64,000 nucleotides of DNA from an uncultured Chloroflexia bacterium (GTDB lineage: Bacteria > Chloroflexota > Limnocylindria > Limnocylindrales > CSP1-4). The DNA is taken from assembly GCA_963819655.1 (NCBI GenBank), contig CAWFXA010000003.1, forward strand, positions 192,149 through 256,148, given 5' to 3'. The position numbers were made by a program, and so were the translations under genes. Shown in pieces: positions 29,628 through 38,378 of the stretch (positions are counted from its first letter, which is position 1; every line of letters begins with the position of its first letter). The notes beneath the pieces were generated by a model. It was not told where the DNA came from. It worked only from the letters and a program-made list of their open reading frames with translations, and made no database searches.

Positions 29628-31070
29628 ATGCCGACCCCCGCGCGCCCCGCCACGATCGCCGAGCTGCGGGCCGCCGGGTGGCGCTCGCGGACCGTCAAGG
29701 AGGAGCTTCGTGCGAACCTCCTCGACCGCCTGGGCTCCGGTGACGACGTGCTACCCGGGATCGTCGGCTACGAAGACTCGGTCGTCCCCGCGATCGAGAA
29801 CGCGATCCTCGCCGGGCACGACCTGGTCTTCCTCGGCGAACGCGGCCAGGCGAAGACGCGTATGGCACGGCTGCTCGTCGGGCTGCTCGATGAATGGCTG
29901 CCGGTCGTCCGCGGTGGCGACCTGAACGACGACCCGTACGCCCCCGTCTCACCCGCGGCCCGCGCGATCATCGAGCGCGACGGCGACGACGCGCCGATCG
30001 ACTGGCTGCCACGTGACCGGCGCTATGCCGAGAAGCTGGCGACACCGGACATCACCATCGCCGACCTCATCGGCGAGGTCGATCCGATCAAGGTCGCAGA
30101 GGGTCGCTACTTGTCCGACGAGCTGACGCTTCATTACGGGCTGATCCCGCGCGCGAACAGGGGCATCGTCGCGATCAATGAGCTGCCCGACCTGGCGGAG
30201 CGGATCCAGGTCGGACTGCTGAACGTACTCGAGGAACGCGACGTCCAGATCCGTGGCTTCATCGTCCGGTTGCCGTTGGACCTGTATGTCGTCGCGAGCG
30301 CCAACCCCGAGGACTACACGTCGCGCGGCCGCATCATCACGCCGCTCAAGGATCGCCTCGGGTCGCAGATCCGGACGCACTACCCGCGCTCTCTCGACGA
30401 CGAGCTGTTGATCGTGGCGCAGGAGAAGCACCGCTTCCCGGTGGCCTCGGATCCCGATGTCGCAGCCCCGACCGTGGTCGTGCCTCCGTTCATGGAGGAG
30501 GTCGTGGCCGAGATCACGCACCTCGCCCGGCGCTCCCCGGAGATCAGCCAGCGCTCGGGTGTGTCGGTCCGGGTTTCCGTCGCGAACATGGAGGTCCTCG
30601 AGGCAGCGGCATTGAAGCGCGCGGTGCGTCTCGGCGAGGCCGTCGGTGCGCCGCGCGTCTCGGATCTCGGAGCGGTCGTCGCCTCGACCGTCGGCAAGGT
30701 CGAGCTCGAATCGGTCGGCGACGAGGCGCCCGAGGAGCGCGTCGTCGAGCGCCTCATCACGAAGGCCCTGTACGCGACGTTCAACCGGCGCGTGACCCTC
30801 GACGACCTCGACCCGATCGTCGAGGCATTCGAGGACGGCTTCATCGTCGAGACGGGCGAGCGGACGCCGTCACGCGAGTACGTGGCGTGGTTGCGTGAGG
30901 TTCCCGGGATGGATGACGCCGTGGCCGGCCTCGGCACGTTCGATGTCACCGATGGGGCCGAGGAGCCCGCGGTCGTCGCATCGGCCGTCGAGTTCCTGCT
31001 CGAAGGGCTCCACCTCGCCCGCCGGCTGAACAAGGAGCGGGTCGCGGGCGGGACGGTCTACCACCGATGA
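29628..31070 (+). CDS. ChlI/BchI-like (Mg-chelatase family) AAA+ ATPase
   Basis: GIVGYEDSVVPAIENAILAGHDLVFLGERGQAKTRMARLLVGLLDEWLP parallels the BchI motif IVGQEEMK ... GDRGTGKST ... LLP. Walker B GIVAINELPD. GAGG RBS before ATG at 29628. Confidence 0.75.
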   Translation: MPTPARPATIAELRAAGWRSRTVKEELRANLLDRLGSGDDVLPGIVGYEDSVVPAIENAILAGHDLVFLGERGQAKTRMARLLVGLLDEWLPVVRGGDLNDDPYAPVSPAARAIIERDGDDAPIDWLPRDRRYAEKLATPDITIADLIGEVDPIKVAEGRYLSDELTLHYGLIPRANRGIVAINELPDLAERIQVGLLNVLEERDVQIRGFIVRLPLDLYVVASANPEDYTSRGRIITPLKDRLGSQIRTHYPRSLDDELLIVAQEKHRFPVASDPDVAAPTVVVPPFMEEVVAEITHLARRSPEISQRSGVSVRVSVANMEVLEAAALKRAVRLGEAVGAPRVSDLGAVVASTVGKVELESVGDEAPEERVVERLITKALYATFNRRVTLDDLDPIVEAFEDGFIVETGERTPSREYVAWLREVPGMDDAVAGLGTFDVTDGAEEPAVVASAVEFLLEGLHLARRLNKERVAGGTVYHR

Positions 31071-31119
31071 TCGGTTCAGGGATCCGGGCGCTGCCGGTCC
31101 CACTCCCAGGCGCGCGCGC

Positions 31120-31360
31120 TGACCGACGGTCAACGTTGATGTCCGGCACCTTGGAGCGCGCTGACCGTGGGTCAACGTACCGGTCGCAAACGGCTGCCGA
31201 CGGGCGCCTGGCGACGTCTACGTTGCCCGTCGGTAACCAAGGGTCCGCGATGACGGGCCCCCAGAGCGTCACTGCGCCCCTTCGTGCCAAGATCGTTGAC
31301 CCTGGGTCAGCGCGGCGACGGTCCATGGCGTTGTTGCCCAAGATCGTTGACCGTGGGTCA
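31120..31360. repeat. four copies of a 13-bp palindrome TGACC-N3-GGTCA in two direct-repeat pairs within the intergenic spacer
   Basis: TGACCGACGGTCA at 31120-31132 and TGACCGTGGGTCA at 31162-31174, both in gcgcgcTGACC..GGTCAacgt context. TGACCCTGGGTCA at 31297-31309 and TGACCGTGGGTCA at 31348-31360, both in ccaagatcgtTGACC..GGTCAgcgcgg context. Confidence 0.45.
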
Positions 31361-31380
31361 GCGCGGGACGGGCCGTCGTC

Positions 31381-33481
31381 GTGACCGCCTACTCGCCCGA
31401 CCCGCGTGACCTCGCCGGGCGCGTCCCGGTGCCACCTGAAGCGGACGGGACGCTGGCCGGTCGCGCGCGATACTCGCGCTGGGACGGCACGCAGCGTCTG
31501 CCCGACCTCGAGGCTGACGAGATCCTCAAGGCGCTGTCCGACGACGTCATGGCGGAGGGAGATCTGGCCGAGGCGCTGCGCCGGCTGATGGACCGCGGTT
31601 GGCGGAGCGGCGATCCGACCCGCCCGGACATGCCCGGCCTCCAGGATCTGATGGAACGTCTGGCGCGCCGTCGCGAGGAGCTGCGCGAGCGGTACGACCT
31701 CGGCGACGTCCTAGGCGACATTCGGCACGAGCTCGAGGAGATCGTGGCCGACGAGCGATCGGGCGTGGAGCGGCGCCTGGAGCGGGCCGCGGAAGACGCG
31801 CCCGATGCGGACACCGCGCGCGTGGCGCAGGACCTCGCCGCTCGGCGCCTGGACCGTCTCGATGCACTCCCGCCCGACCTCGGCGAGCGGATCCGCGACC
31901 TGCGTGAGTACGACTTCCTCGAGCAGGACGCACGCCAGCGCTTCGACGAGCTCGTCGAGCGGCTGAGCAAGCAAGTCCTCGACCAGTTCGCGCAGGGGAT
32001 GAGCGACGCCATCCGCTCGATGACGCCGGAGGACCTCAGCGCGAATCGCGAGATGGTCCGCGACCTCAACGACCTCATCCGCCAGAGGATCGGTGGGCAG
32101 GACCCGGACGTCCGCGACTTCCTCGCGAAGCACGGGCGGTTCTTTCCTGGCGCCCAGACCTTCGACGACATCATCGACCAGCTGGCGCAGCGGATGGCCG
32201 CGATGCAGTCGCTCATGCGCTCGCTCAGCCCGGAGCAGCGCGCCGAGCTCGAATCGATGATGGAAGCGCTCTTACGCGACGACCGCCTCGTGATCGACCT
32301 CGCGCAGCTCGCCTCGAACCTCGATCTGCTGCTCCCCGGCGGGCTCGGCGATCGCGTGCGTTTCAGCGGCGATGAGTCGCTGTCGCTCGATGGCGCCCTC
32401 TCCCAGATCGCCCGGATGCAGGCCATGGAGCGCCTCGAGGATTCACTCATGGACGTCGAAGCACCCGGCGATCTCGCCGCGATCGACCGCGACGACGTCC
32501 GCGAGCTCATGGGCGACGACGCCGCCCGCGAGCTCGACGCCCTCGATGACCTCGCCCGGCGCCTGGAGGAAGCCGGCTACCTGACGCGCGACGGCGAGCG
32601 GCTCGAGCTGACCCCGCGCGGGACGCGGAAGATCGGCCAGCAGGTCCTCGACGACCTGTTCGCCCGCCTCGCAGCGCGACGCATTCGGCGGTCACCGCAT
32701 CGATCGGCAGGGGCGGGGCGGCGAGCGTGAGGAGACCACGAAGCCGTACGAGTTCGGGGATCCATTCCACCTGGACCTGCGCGGCACGCTGTCCAACGCC
32801 ATGGTCCGCGAGGAGAACGCGCCGGCGGCGCGAGCCGCCCGCGGCGAGCGCGGTGTCAGGCTGATACCGGACGATTTCGAGGTCTATCGCACCGAGCAGC
32901 TCACCAGCACCGCGACCGTCCTGCTCGTCGACATGAGCCGCTCGATGCTTCTGCGCGGCTGTTTCCTGGCGGCCAAGAAGGTCGCGATCGCCCTCGACAC
33001 GCTGATCCGGACGCAGTACCCGCGCGACCACCTGTCGGTCATCGGCTTCGCGTATTACGCGCGGGAGATCCGGCCGGGCGCCCTGGCCGAGCTGACCTGG
33101 CACGGCTATGAGTACGGCACCAACCTCCAGCACGGGCTGATGCTCGCCCGTCGGATCCTGGCGCGGCAGGCCGCTTCGAACCGCGAGATCGTGGTGATCA
33201 CGGACGGTGAGCCAACCGCCCACTTCGAAGGCGGCCAGGTCGAGTTCAGCTACCCACCGACCCGGCGCACCATCAGCGAGACCCTCCGCGAGGTGCAGCG
33301 CTGCACGAAGGAGGGCATCACGATCAACACGTTCATGCTCGAGCGGTCGCGCGCCCTGGCCGAGTTCGTCGCCCACATGACGAAGCTCAACCGCGGTCGG
33401 GCGTTCTACGCGACGCCGGAACGCCTCGGTGAGTACGTGCTGGTCGACTTCGTCGGACGGCGCTCGAAGCGGGTGTCGTAG
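31381..33481 (+). CDS. VWA-domain protein with long N-terminal acidic/coiled-coil region (ChlD/CobT-like partner of the ChlI-like ATPase); +1 frame break near 32665-32680
   Basis: The 449-aa N-terminal ORF (GTG at 31381) has a helical, D/E/R-rich composition. The second frame carries the MIDAS motifs VLLVDMSRSM ... VVITDGEPTA. The frames join through ...DLFARLA | RDAFGGHRIDRQGRGGEREETTKPYEFGDPFHLDLRGT. Confidence 0.75.
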
Positions 33482-33543
33482 GGCGTATCCTCCCGCGGGA
33501 CGCGGCTGATCCGGGGGGCGAGTCGCGCTGAGGGAGGGTCGTC

Positions 33544-34026
33544 GTGGACTTCACAAGCTTCTTGCCGTGGTTGCTGTTCTTGCACGTTCTCGGGGCGATC
33601 GTGGCCTTCGGGCCGACGTTCGCCTTCTCGATCATCGGGGCGATGGGCGGCAAGGAGCCGCAGCACGCGAACTTCGCGACGCGGGTATCGGCAAGGATCT
33701 CGGATCGGCTCGTCGTGCCGCTGGCTATCTTCCAGGGAGTGACCGGCGTCCTCATCATCCTGATCAGCGGCCGGGATCTCCTTGCGTCGCGATGGCTCCT
33801 GCTCGCGATCGTGCTGTATGCGATCGCGCTGGGCTTCTCGCTGTTCGTCCAGCGAAAGAATGTCCAGCGGATCATCGACCTGACGTCCGCGCCGCCACCG
33901 CCCGGGGCGACAGGCCCTCCACCGGGGCTGCCCGAGGTGGTGGCGAGGGTCCAGCGTGGCGGGATGTTCACCGGCGCGCTGATCGTCGTGATCGTGTTCC
34001 TGATGGTGGTCAAGCCGGCGTTCTAG
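33544..34026 (+). CDS. DUF2269-like integral membrane protein
   Basis: 160 aa with four predicted TM helices. N-terminus MDFTSFLPWLLFLHVLGAIVAFGPTFAF. Confidence 0.55.
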   Translation: MDFTSFLPWLLFLHVLGAIVAFGPTFAFSIIGAMGGKEPQHANFATRVSARISDRLVVPLAIFQGVTGVLIILISGRDLLASRWLLLAIVLYAIALGFSLFVQRKNVQRIIDLTSAPPPPGATGPPPGLPEVVARVQRGGMFTGALIVVIVFLMVVKPAF

Positions 34027-34089
34027 GGCCGGCGGGCGTCGCGCCGCTACCATGGTCTCCGAGACATTCGACAAGGAGACCGCCGACCG

Positions 34090-35511
34090 ATGCCGCACGT
34101 CGCGACGAGCCCGCAGGACCTGATCGAGACGATCCGCCCCGCCGCCCACCTCGACGGTGACCGCCTCGTCATCGACGACGAGCGGACCTTCCGCGACACG
34201 ACCATCCGCGATCTCGCCTGGACCGCCGCGTTCTCGACCGACGACGCCACGACCGAGGCTGCCCAGTGGCTGGTCTGGGAGGCGAGTCAGGAGCTGGGTG
34301 CGCTCTCGGCCAGCATCCAGGAGCTATACACGGCACGTGGTCGAGGCGAGGTATCGGGCTTCACGGTCCCGGCGATCAATCTGCGAGCGCAGACGTTCGA
34401 CATGGCGCGGACCGTATTCGATGCGGCCCAGAGCGCCGACGTCGGCGCGGTCATCCTCGAGATCGCCCGCAGCGAGCAGACCTACACCTATCAGCGGCCG
34501 ATCGATTTCGCGACGTCGGTCCTCGCCGGCGCGGTCGCCGCGAACTGGCGGGCGCCGGTGTTCATCCAGGGCGACCACTACCAGTTCAACGCCAAGAAGT
34601 ACGCGGCGGATCCGGAGGCGATGACCGAGGAGATCCGGCGCGCCTGCCGCCTCGCCGTCGCCGCGGGCTATCGCAATATCGACATCGATTCCTCGACTCT
34701 CGTCGACCTGTCGAAGCCGACCGTCGACGAGCAGCAGCGCGAGAACTACGTCCGCGCGGCCGAATTGACCGCGCTGATCCGGTCCCTCGAGACCGACGGA
34801 GTGACGATCAGCGTCGGTGGCGAGATCGGCGAGGTCGGCCACAAGAACTCGACGGTCGAGGAGCTGCGCGCCTATCTCGATGGGTACCGCGGCGAGCTCG
34901 AGTCGCTCGCACCCGGCGCGACCGGGATCTCCAAGGTCAGCGTCCAGACCGGGACGAGCCACGGTGGGGTGCCACTGCCCGGCGGCGGCGTCGCCGAGGT
35001 CAAGCTCGACTTCGACGTGCTGCGCGAGCTCGGCGAGGTCGCCCGCACCTACGGGCTGGCCGGGGCCGTCCAGCATGGCGCCTCGACCCTGCCCGACGAG
35101 CTGTTCCACCGCTTTCCGGCGGTCGAGACCGCCGAGATCCACCTGGCGACCGGCTTCCAGAACGCGCTATATGAGCACCCCGCGTTCCCCGCCGAGCTCC
35201 ACAAGAAGATCGAGGCATGGGTGTTCGAGAACGCCGCCGACGAGCGCAAGCCCGAGCAGACCGACCAGCAATTCGTGTACACGACCCGCAAGAAGGCGAT
35301 CGGGCCGTTCAAGCGCGAGCTATGGGACCTGGAGGCGAAGGGCGAGATCCTCGCCGCCCAGCGCCGCAAGTTCTCGTTCCTGTTCACGGAGCTGGGCGTC
35401 AACGGGTCGCGCGAGATGGTGACGGCGTACATCCGGCCGGTCGAGTTCCATCGGCCGATGCCGGGATCGCTCCGAGAAGCAGCCGCCGCAGGGTTGGGGA
35501 GCGCACGTTGA
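34090..35511 (+). CDS. class II (metal-dependent) aldolase family protein, long form (473 aa)
   Basis: Motifs PVFIQGDHYQ and GYRNIDIDSS ... VGGEIGEVGH resemble fructose/tagatose-bisphosphate aldolase class II cores. The exact subfamily cannot be resolved by eye. Confidence 0.45.
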   Translation: MPHVATSPQDLIETIRPAAHLDGDRLVIDDERTFRDTTIRDLAWTAAFSTDDATTEAAQWLVWEASQELGALSASIQELYTARGRGEVSGFTVPAINLRAQTFDMARTVFDAAQSADVGAVILEIARSEQTYTYQRPIDFATSVLAGAVAANWRAPVFIQGDHYQFNAKKYAADPEAMTEEIRRACRLAVAAGYRNIDIDSSTLVDLSKPTVDEQQRENYVRAAELTALIRSLETDGVTISVGGEIGEVGHKNSTVEELRAYLDGYRGELESLAPGATGISKVSVQTGTSHGGVPLPGGGVAEVKLDFDVLRELGEVARTYGLAGAVQHGASTLPDELFHRFPAVETAEIHLATGFQNALYEHPAFPAELHKKIEAWVFENAADERKPEQTDQQFVYTTRKKAIGPFKRELWDLEAKGEILAAQRRKFSFLFTELGVNGSREMVTAYIRPVEFHRPMPGSLREAAAAGLGSAR

Positions 35512-35582
35512 CGGCGCCGTAGGGCGGCCGACGGCTTTTTCGCGGCCGTCCAGCAGCCGGCTCGCGACCACCGAGACGGGCG

Positions 35583-35610
35583 TTGACTCCGCGCAACCCG
35601 GTGCTATCCT
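35583..35610 (+). promoter_or_regulatory. candidate promoter TTGACT-16nt-TATCCT upstream of the APC permease, followed by a ~110-nt GC-rich leader
   Basis: TTGACT at 35583-35588 and TATCCT at 35605-35610. AGGAGGG RBS at 35711-35717 before GTG at 35722. Confidence 0.35.
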
Positions 35611-35721
35611 CGCGCGCACGGATCGACCGGCGAGGGAGCCGCGTCGGCCGAGACTCCGCGTCCTCGCGTCCACTCCGAGAGGTCAGTCTCGCGCCCCGGC
35701 GCAGAGCTAGAGGAGGGAATC

Positions 35722-37362
35722 GTGGCGGGATCCGTCGACTCCCAGGAGGTCGCCGCGCGCGACGACGCGCAACTTCGCCAGCTCGGGATCAAGCCTGAGC
35801 TCCGGCGCACGCTGGGATTCCTGTCGAACTTCGCGATCGCGTTCAGCTTCATCAGCGTATCGACCGGGTCGTACGGCAACTTCTCGATCGGGATCGGGCA
35901 GGCGGGACCGGCCTTCTTCTGGTCGTGGCCGATCGTGATCATCGGTCAATTGGTCGTCGCGCTCGTCTTTGCCGAGCTGGCCAGCCATTTCCCGGTGGCA
36001 GGGTCGATCTATCAGTGGTCGAAGCGACTGTCGAACCGGACCCTGGGATGGTTTACCGGTTGGTTCTATTTCTGGGCACAAGTCGTAACGGTCACGGCCG
36101 TCGCCGTCATCGTCGGCTACGTGATCGACGGGATCCATGCCGGGCCTGTCGGCGACGTACCGTTCCTGGACTCGCCTGACCCGTTCGGGTTCACGTCGAT
36201 GTTCACGTTCATCGCACTCGTGACCCTGCTCATCACGACCCTGATCAACGCCTACGGCGTACGCCTGCTCGCGATCCTCAACAACATCGGTGTCGCAACC
36301 GAGATCCTCGGGATGGTCGTGTTCGCGCTCATCCTGTTGTTCTTCGCGAACAACCAGTCGCCCAGCGTCCTGTTCGACACGGCCGGGACCGAAGCCGCGA
36401 CGGGCGGAAACTATCTGCCGGCCTTCGCACTCGGGATGTTCATGGCCCTGTTCGTGGTCTACGGGTTCGACACGGCGGGAACATTCGGAGAGGAGACGCT
36501 CGATGCCAGCCGGCAAGCGCCCCGAGGCGTCATCTGGTCGGTCATCATCTCCGGACTCGTCGGGACCCTGTTCCTGATCGCCGTCATCCTCGCTATCCCG
36601 AACATGGCGGATGCGATCGCCGAAGGACAGGCGCTCGGGTTCCCGATCGCCACGACGATCCTGGCGACGCTGAACGCCGAGATCGTCGCCGGCATCACCG
36701 TCGGCGAGATCTACCTCTTCGTCATCCTCGCGTCCGTGTTCGTGTGTACGTTGGCGATCCACGGCGCGGCGACCCGGATGATGTTCTCGATGAGCCGCGA
36801 CCGCCATCTCCCCCTGGGCTCCATCTGGGGGCGGGTGAACGGCACGTTCAAGACTCCGGCGAACGCAGCGATCGCGGTCGGCGTCCTCGCAGCGATCCCG
36901 ATCCTCGTCATCGGGCCGGCCGGCGGCTTCTCGGTGTCGATCGCCGCAACGGGCCTGATCTACCTGAGCTACCTGCTGACCAACCTCGGCGTCGCCGTTG
37001 CCCGGAGCCGTGGCTGGCCACGGCAGCGTGCCTGGTTCAACCTCGGGCGATGGGGGATGCCAGTCAACATCCTCGCCATCGTTTATGGCGGCGTGATGCT
37101 CCTGAACATCGCGCTGTGGCAGGACCCTGGGCTGTTCGGCGATTTCGGCGGCGCCGGTCGAGCGATCACCAACCCCACCATCGATGGGTTCCTCAAGCCC
37201 TTCGGCAACGCGATCGCCGGGATGCCCGCGTGGCCCGTCTTCGAGACGTTGGTGGGGACCCTCCTCGTCGTCGGAGCCATCTATTACGCGGTCAGCGTCC
37301 GCGGTCGCGCGGCCGACGTCGAATCGGCCGATGCCGTGACCGGCGAGGCGACCATCGGCTGA
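35722..37362 (+). CDS. APC-superfamily amino acid/amine permease
   Basis: 546 aa with 12-13 TM helices. N-terminal region GIKPELRRTLGFLSNFAIAFSFISVSTGSYGNF is typical of the APC/AAT family. Confidence 0.85.
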   Translation: MAGSVDSQEVAARDDAQLRQLGIKPELRRTLGFLSNFAIAFSFISVSTGSYGNFSIGIGQAGPAFFWSWPIVIIGQLVVALVFAELASHFPVAGSIYQWSKRLSNRTLGWFTGWFYFWAQVVTVTAVAVIVGYVIDGIHAGPVGDVPFLDSPDPFGFTSMFTFIALVTLLITTLINAYGVRLLAILNNIGVATEILGMVVFALILLFFANNQSPSVLFDTAGTEAATGGNYLPAFALGMFMALFVVYGFDTAGTFGEETLDASRQAPRGVIWSVIISGLVGTLFLIAVILAIPNMADAIAEGQALGFPIATTILATLNAEIVAGITVGEIYLFVILASVFVCTLAIHGAATRMMFSMSRDRHLPLGSIWGRVNGTFKTPANAAIAVGVLAAIPILVIGPAGGFSVSIAATGLIYLSYLLTNLGVAVARSRGWPRQRAWFNLGRWGMPVNILAIVYGGVMLLNIALWQDPGLFGDFGGAGRAITNPTIDGFLKPFGNAIAGMPAWPVFETLVGTLLVVGAIYYAVSVRGRAADVESADAVTGEATIG

Positions 37363-37418
37363 ACGAACATCCCGGGAGGAGGAGTGCGGCGCGGCGAGCG
37401 ATCGCCGCGCCGCTTCTT

Positions 37419-38360
37419 ATGACCGACGACGGGACCCTGCAGAGCGACCTACATGATCAGCTTGTCGCTGCGATGCAGCGCGTCCCGGAGCTGGCCGGTC
37501 ACGAGCTGGTCCTGACCTTTCTCAGCGGCGGCATCACGAACCGCAACTTCCTGGTCACGATCCGTGGCGAATCCGACCGCTACGTCATCCGCCTTGCCGG
37601 CAATGACACGCATCTCCTCGGCATCAGTCGGGAGGTCGAGCACGCGGCGACGGTCGCGGCCGCGGGCGTGGGCGTCGGGCCGGAGGTCACCGCCTTCATC
37701 CGACCGGAGGGCTACCTCGTCACGCGCTACATCGAGGGCTCACCGGTCAGTTTCGAGCAGGTCCGCCAGCGCGCGACGCTGGCGCGGATCGCCGATTCGT
37801 TGCGCCGCATCCACCAGGGTCCGGCTATCCCTGGCCTGTTCGTGCCGCTCCGGATCGTGGAGGCGTATCGCGCGCTGGCGATGGCCCGCGGCGTGCCCAT
37901 CCCGCCCGAGTATGAGCTCGCCGCCGCCGTCGGGCGCCGCATCGAGCTCGCCTGCCTTGCGGACCCGGTCGAGCTGCGGCCGTGTCACAACGACCTCCTC
38001 AACGCGAACTTCATCGACGACGGCAGCCGCATCCGCGTCGTCGACTGGGAGTACGCGGGGATGGGCGATCCCTACTTCGATCTCGGCAACTTCAGCATCA
38101 ACCACGAGCTCACGCCCGACGACGATGCCTACCTACTGTCTGCGTACGAGGACCCTCGACACGGCACCCACCTGGGGCGCCTCTCGCTCATGCGCGTCGT
38201 CTCGGATTTCCGGGAGGCCATGTGGGGCGTCCTCCAGCAGGGGATCAGCACGCTCGATGTCGACTTCGCCGCCTATGCCGGCGAGCACTTCGATCGACTC
38301 CTGGTGAATGCCTCGACGCCGGCGTTCGAGCGTGCCCTGCGCGAGACCGCCGGCGACTAG
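37419..38360 (+). CDS. choline/ethanolamine kinase-family phosphotransferase (APH-like fold)
   Basis: LSGGITNRNFLV (nucleotide-binding loop), CHNDLLNANFI (catalytic loop, Brenner motif HxDxxxxN) and VVDWEYAGMGDPYFDLGN (ChoK signature). Confidence 0.7.
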   Translation: MTDDGTLQSDLHDQLVAAMQRVPELAGHELVLTFLSGGITNRNFLVTIRGESDRYVIRLAGNDTHLLGISREVEHAATVAAAGVGVGPEVTAFIRPEGYLVTRYIEGSPVSFEQVRQRATLARIADSLRRIHQGPAIPGLFVPLRIVEAYRALAMARGVPIPPEYELAAAVGRRIELACLADPVELRPCHNDLLNANFIDDGSRIRVVDWEYAGMGDPYFDLGNFSINHELTPDDDAYLLSAYEDPRHGTHLGRLSLMRVVSDFREAMWGVLQQGISTLDVDFAAYAGEHFDRLLVNASTPAFERALRETAGD

Positions 38361-38378
38361 CACAGCGGCTACGCTTCG

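Noticed and set aside
28521-31360. Possibility of a CRISPR array given direct repeats at 28521/28582 and 31278/31337
   Set aside because: Only two copies each, repeats are short palindromic operators with different spacers of regulatory size, and there are no cas genes. Not CRISPR.
31067-31384. 105-aa ORF with internally repeated AKIVDPGSARRR / PKIVDRGSARDG peptide
   Set aside because: The peptide repeat merely translates the TGACC-N3-GGTCA DNA direct repeats in an intergenic spacer. No RBS. Not a gene.
35527-35550. Hairpin GACGGC-TTTTTCGCG-GCCGTC right after the aldolase-like gene as a terminator
   Set aside because: The T-run lies in the loop and not 3' of the stem. Weak, so not called.
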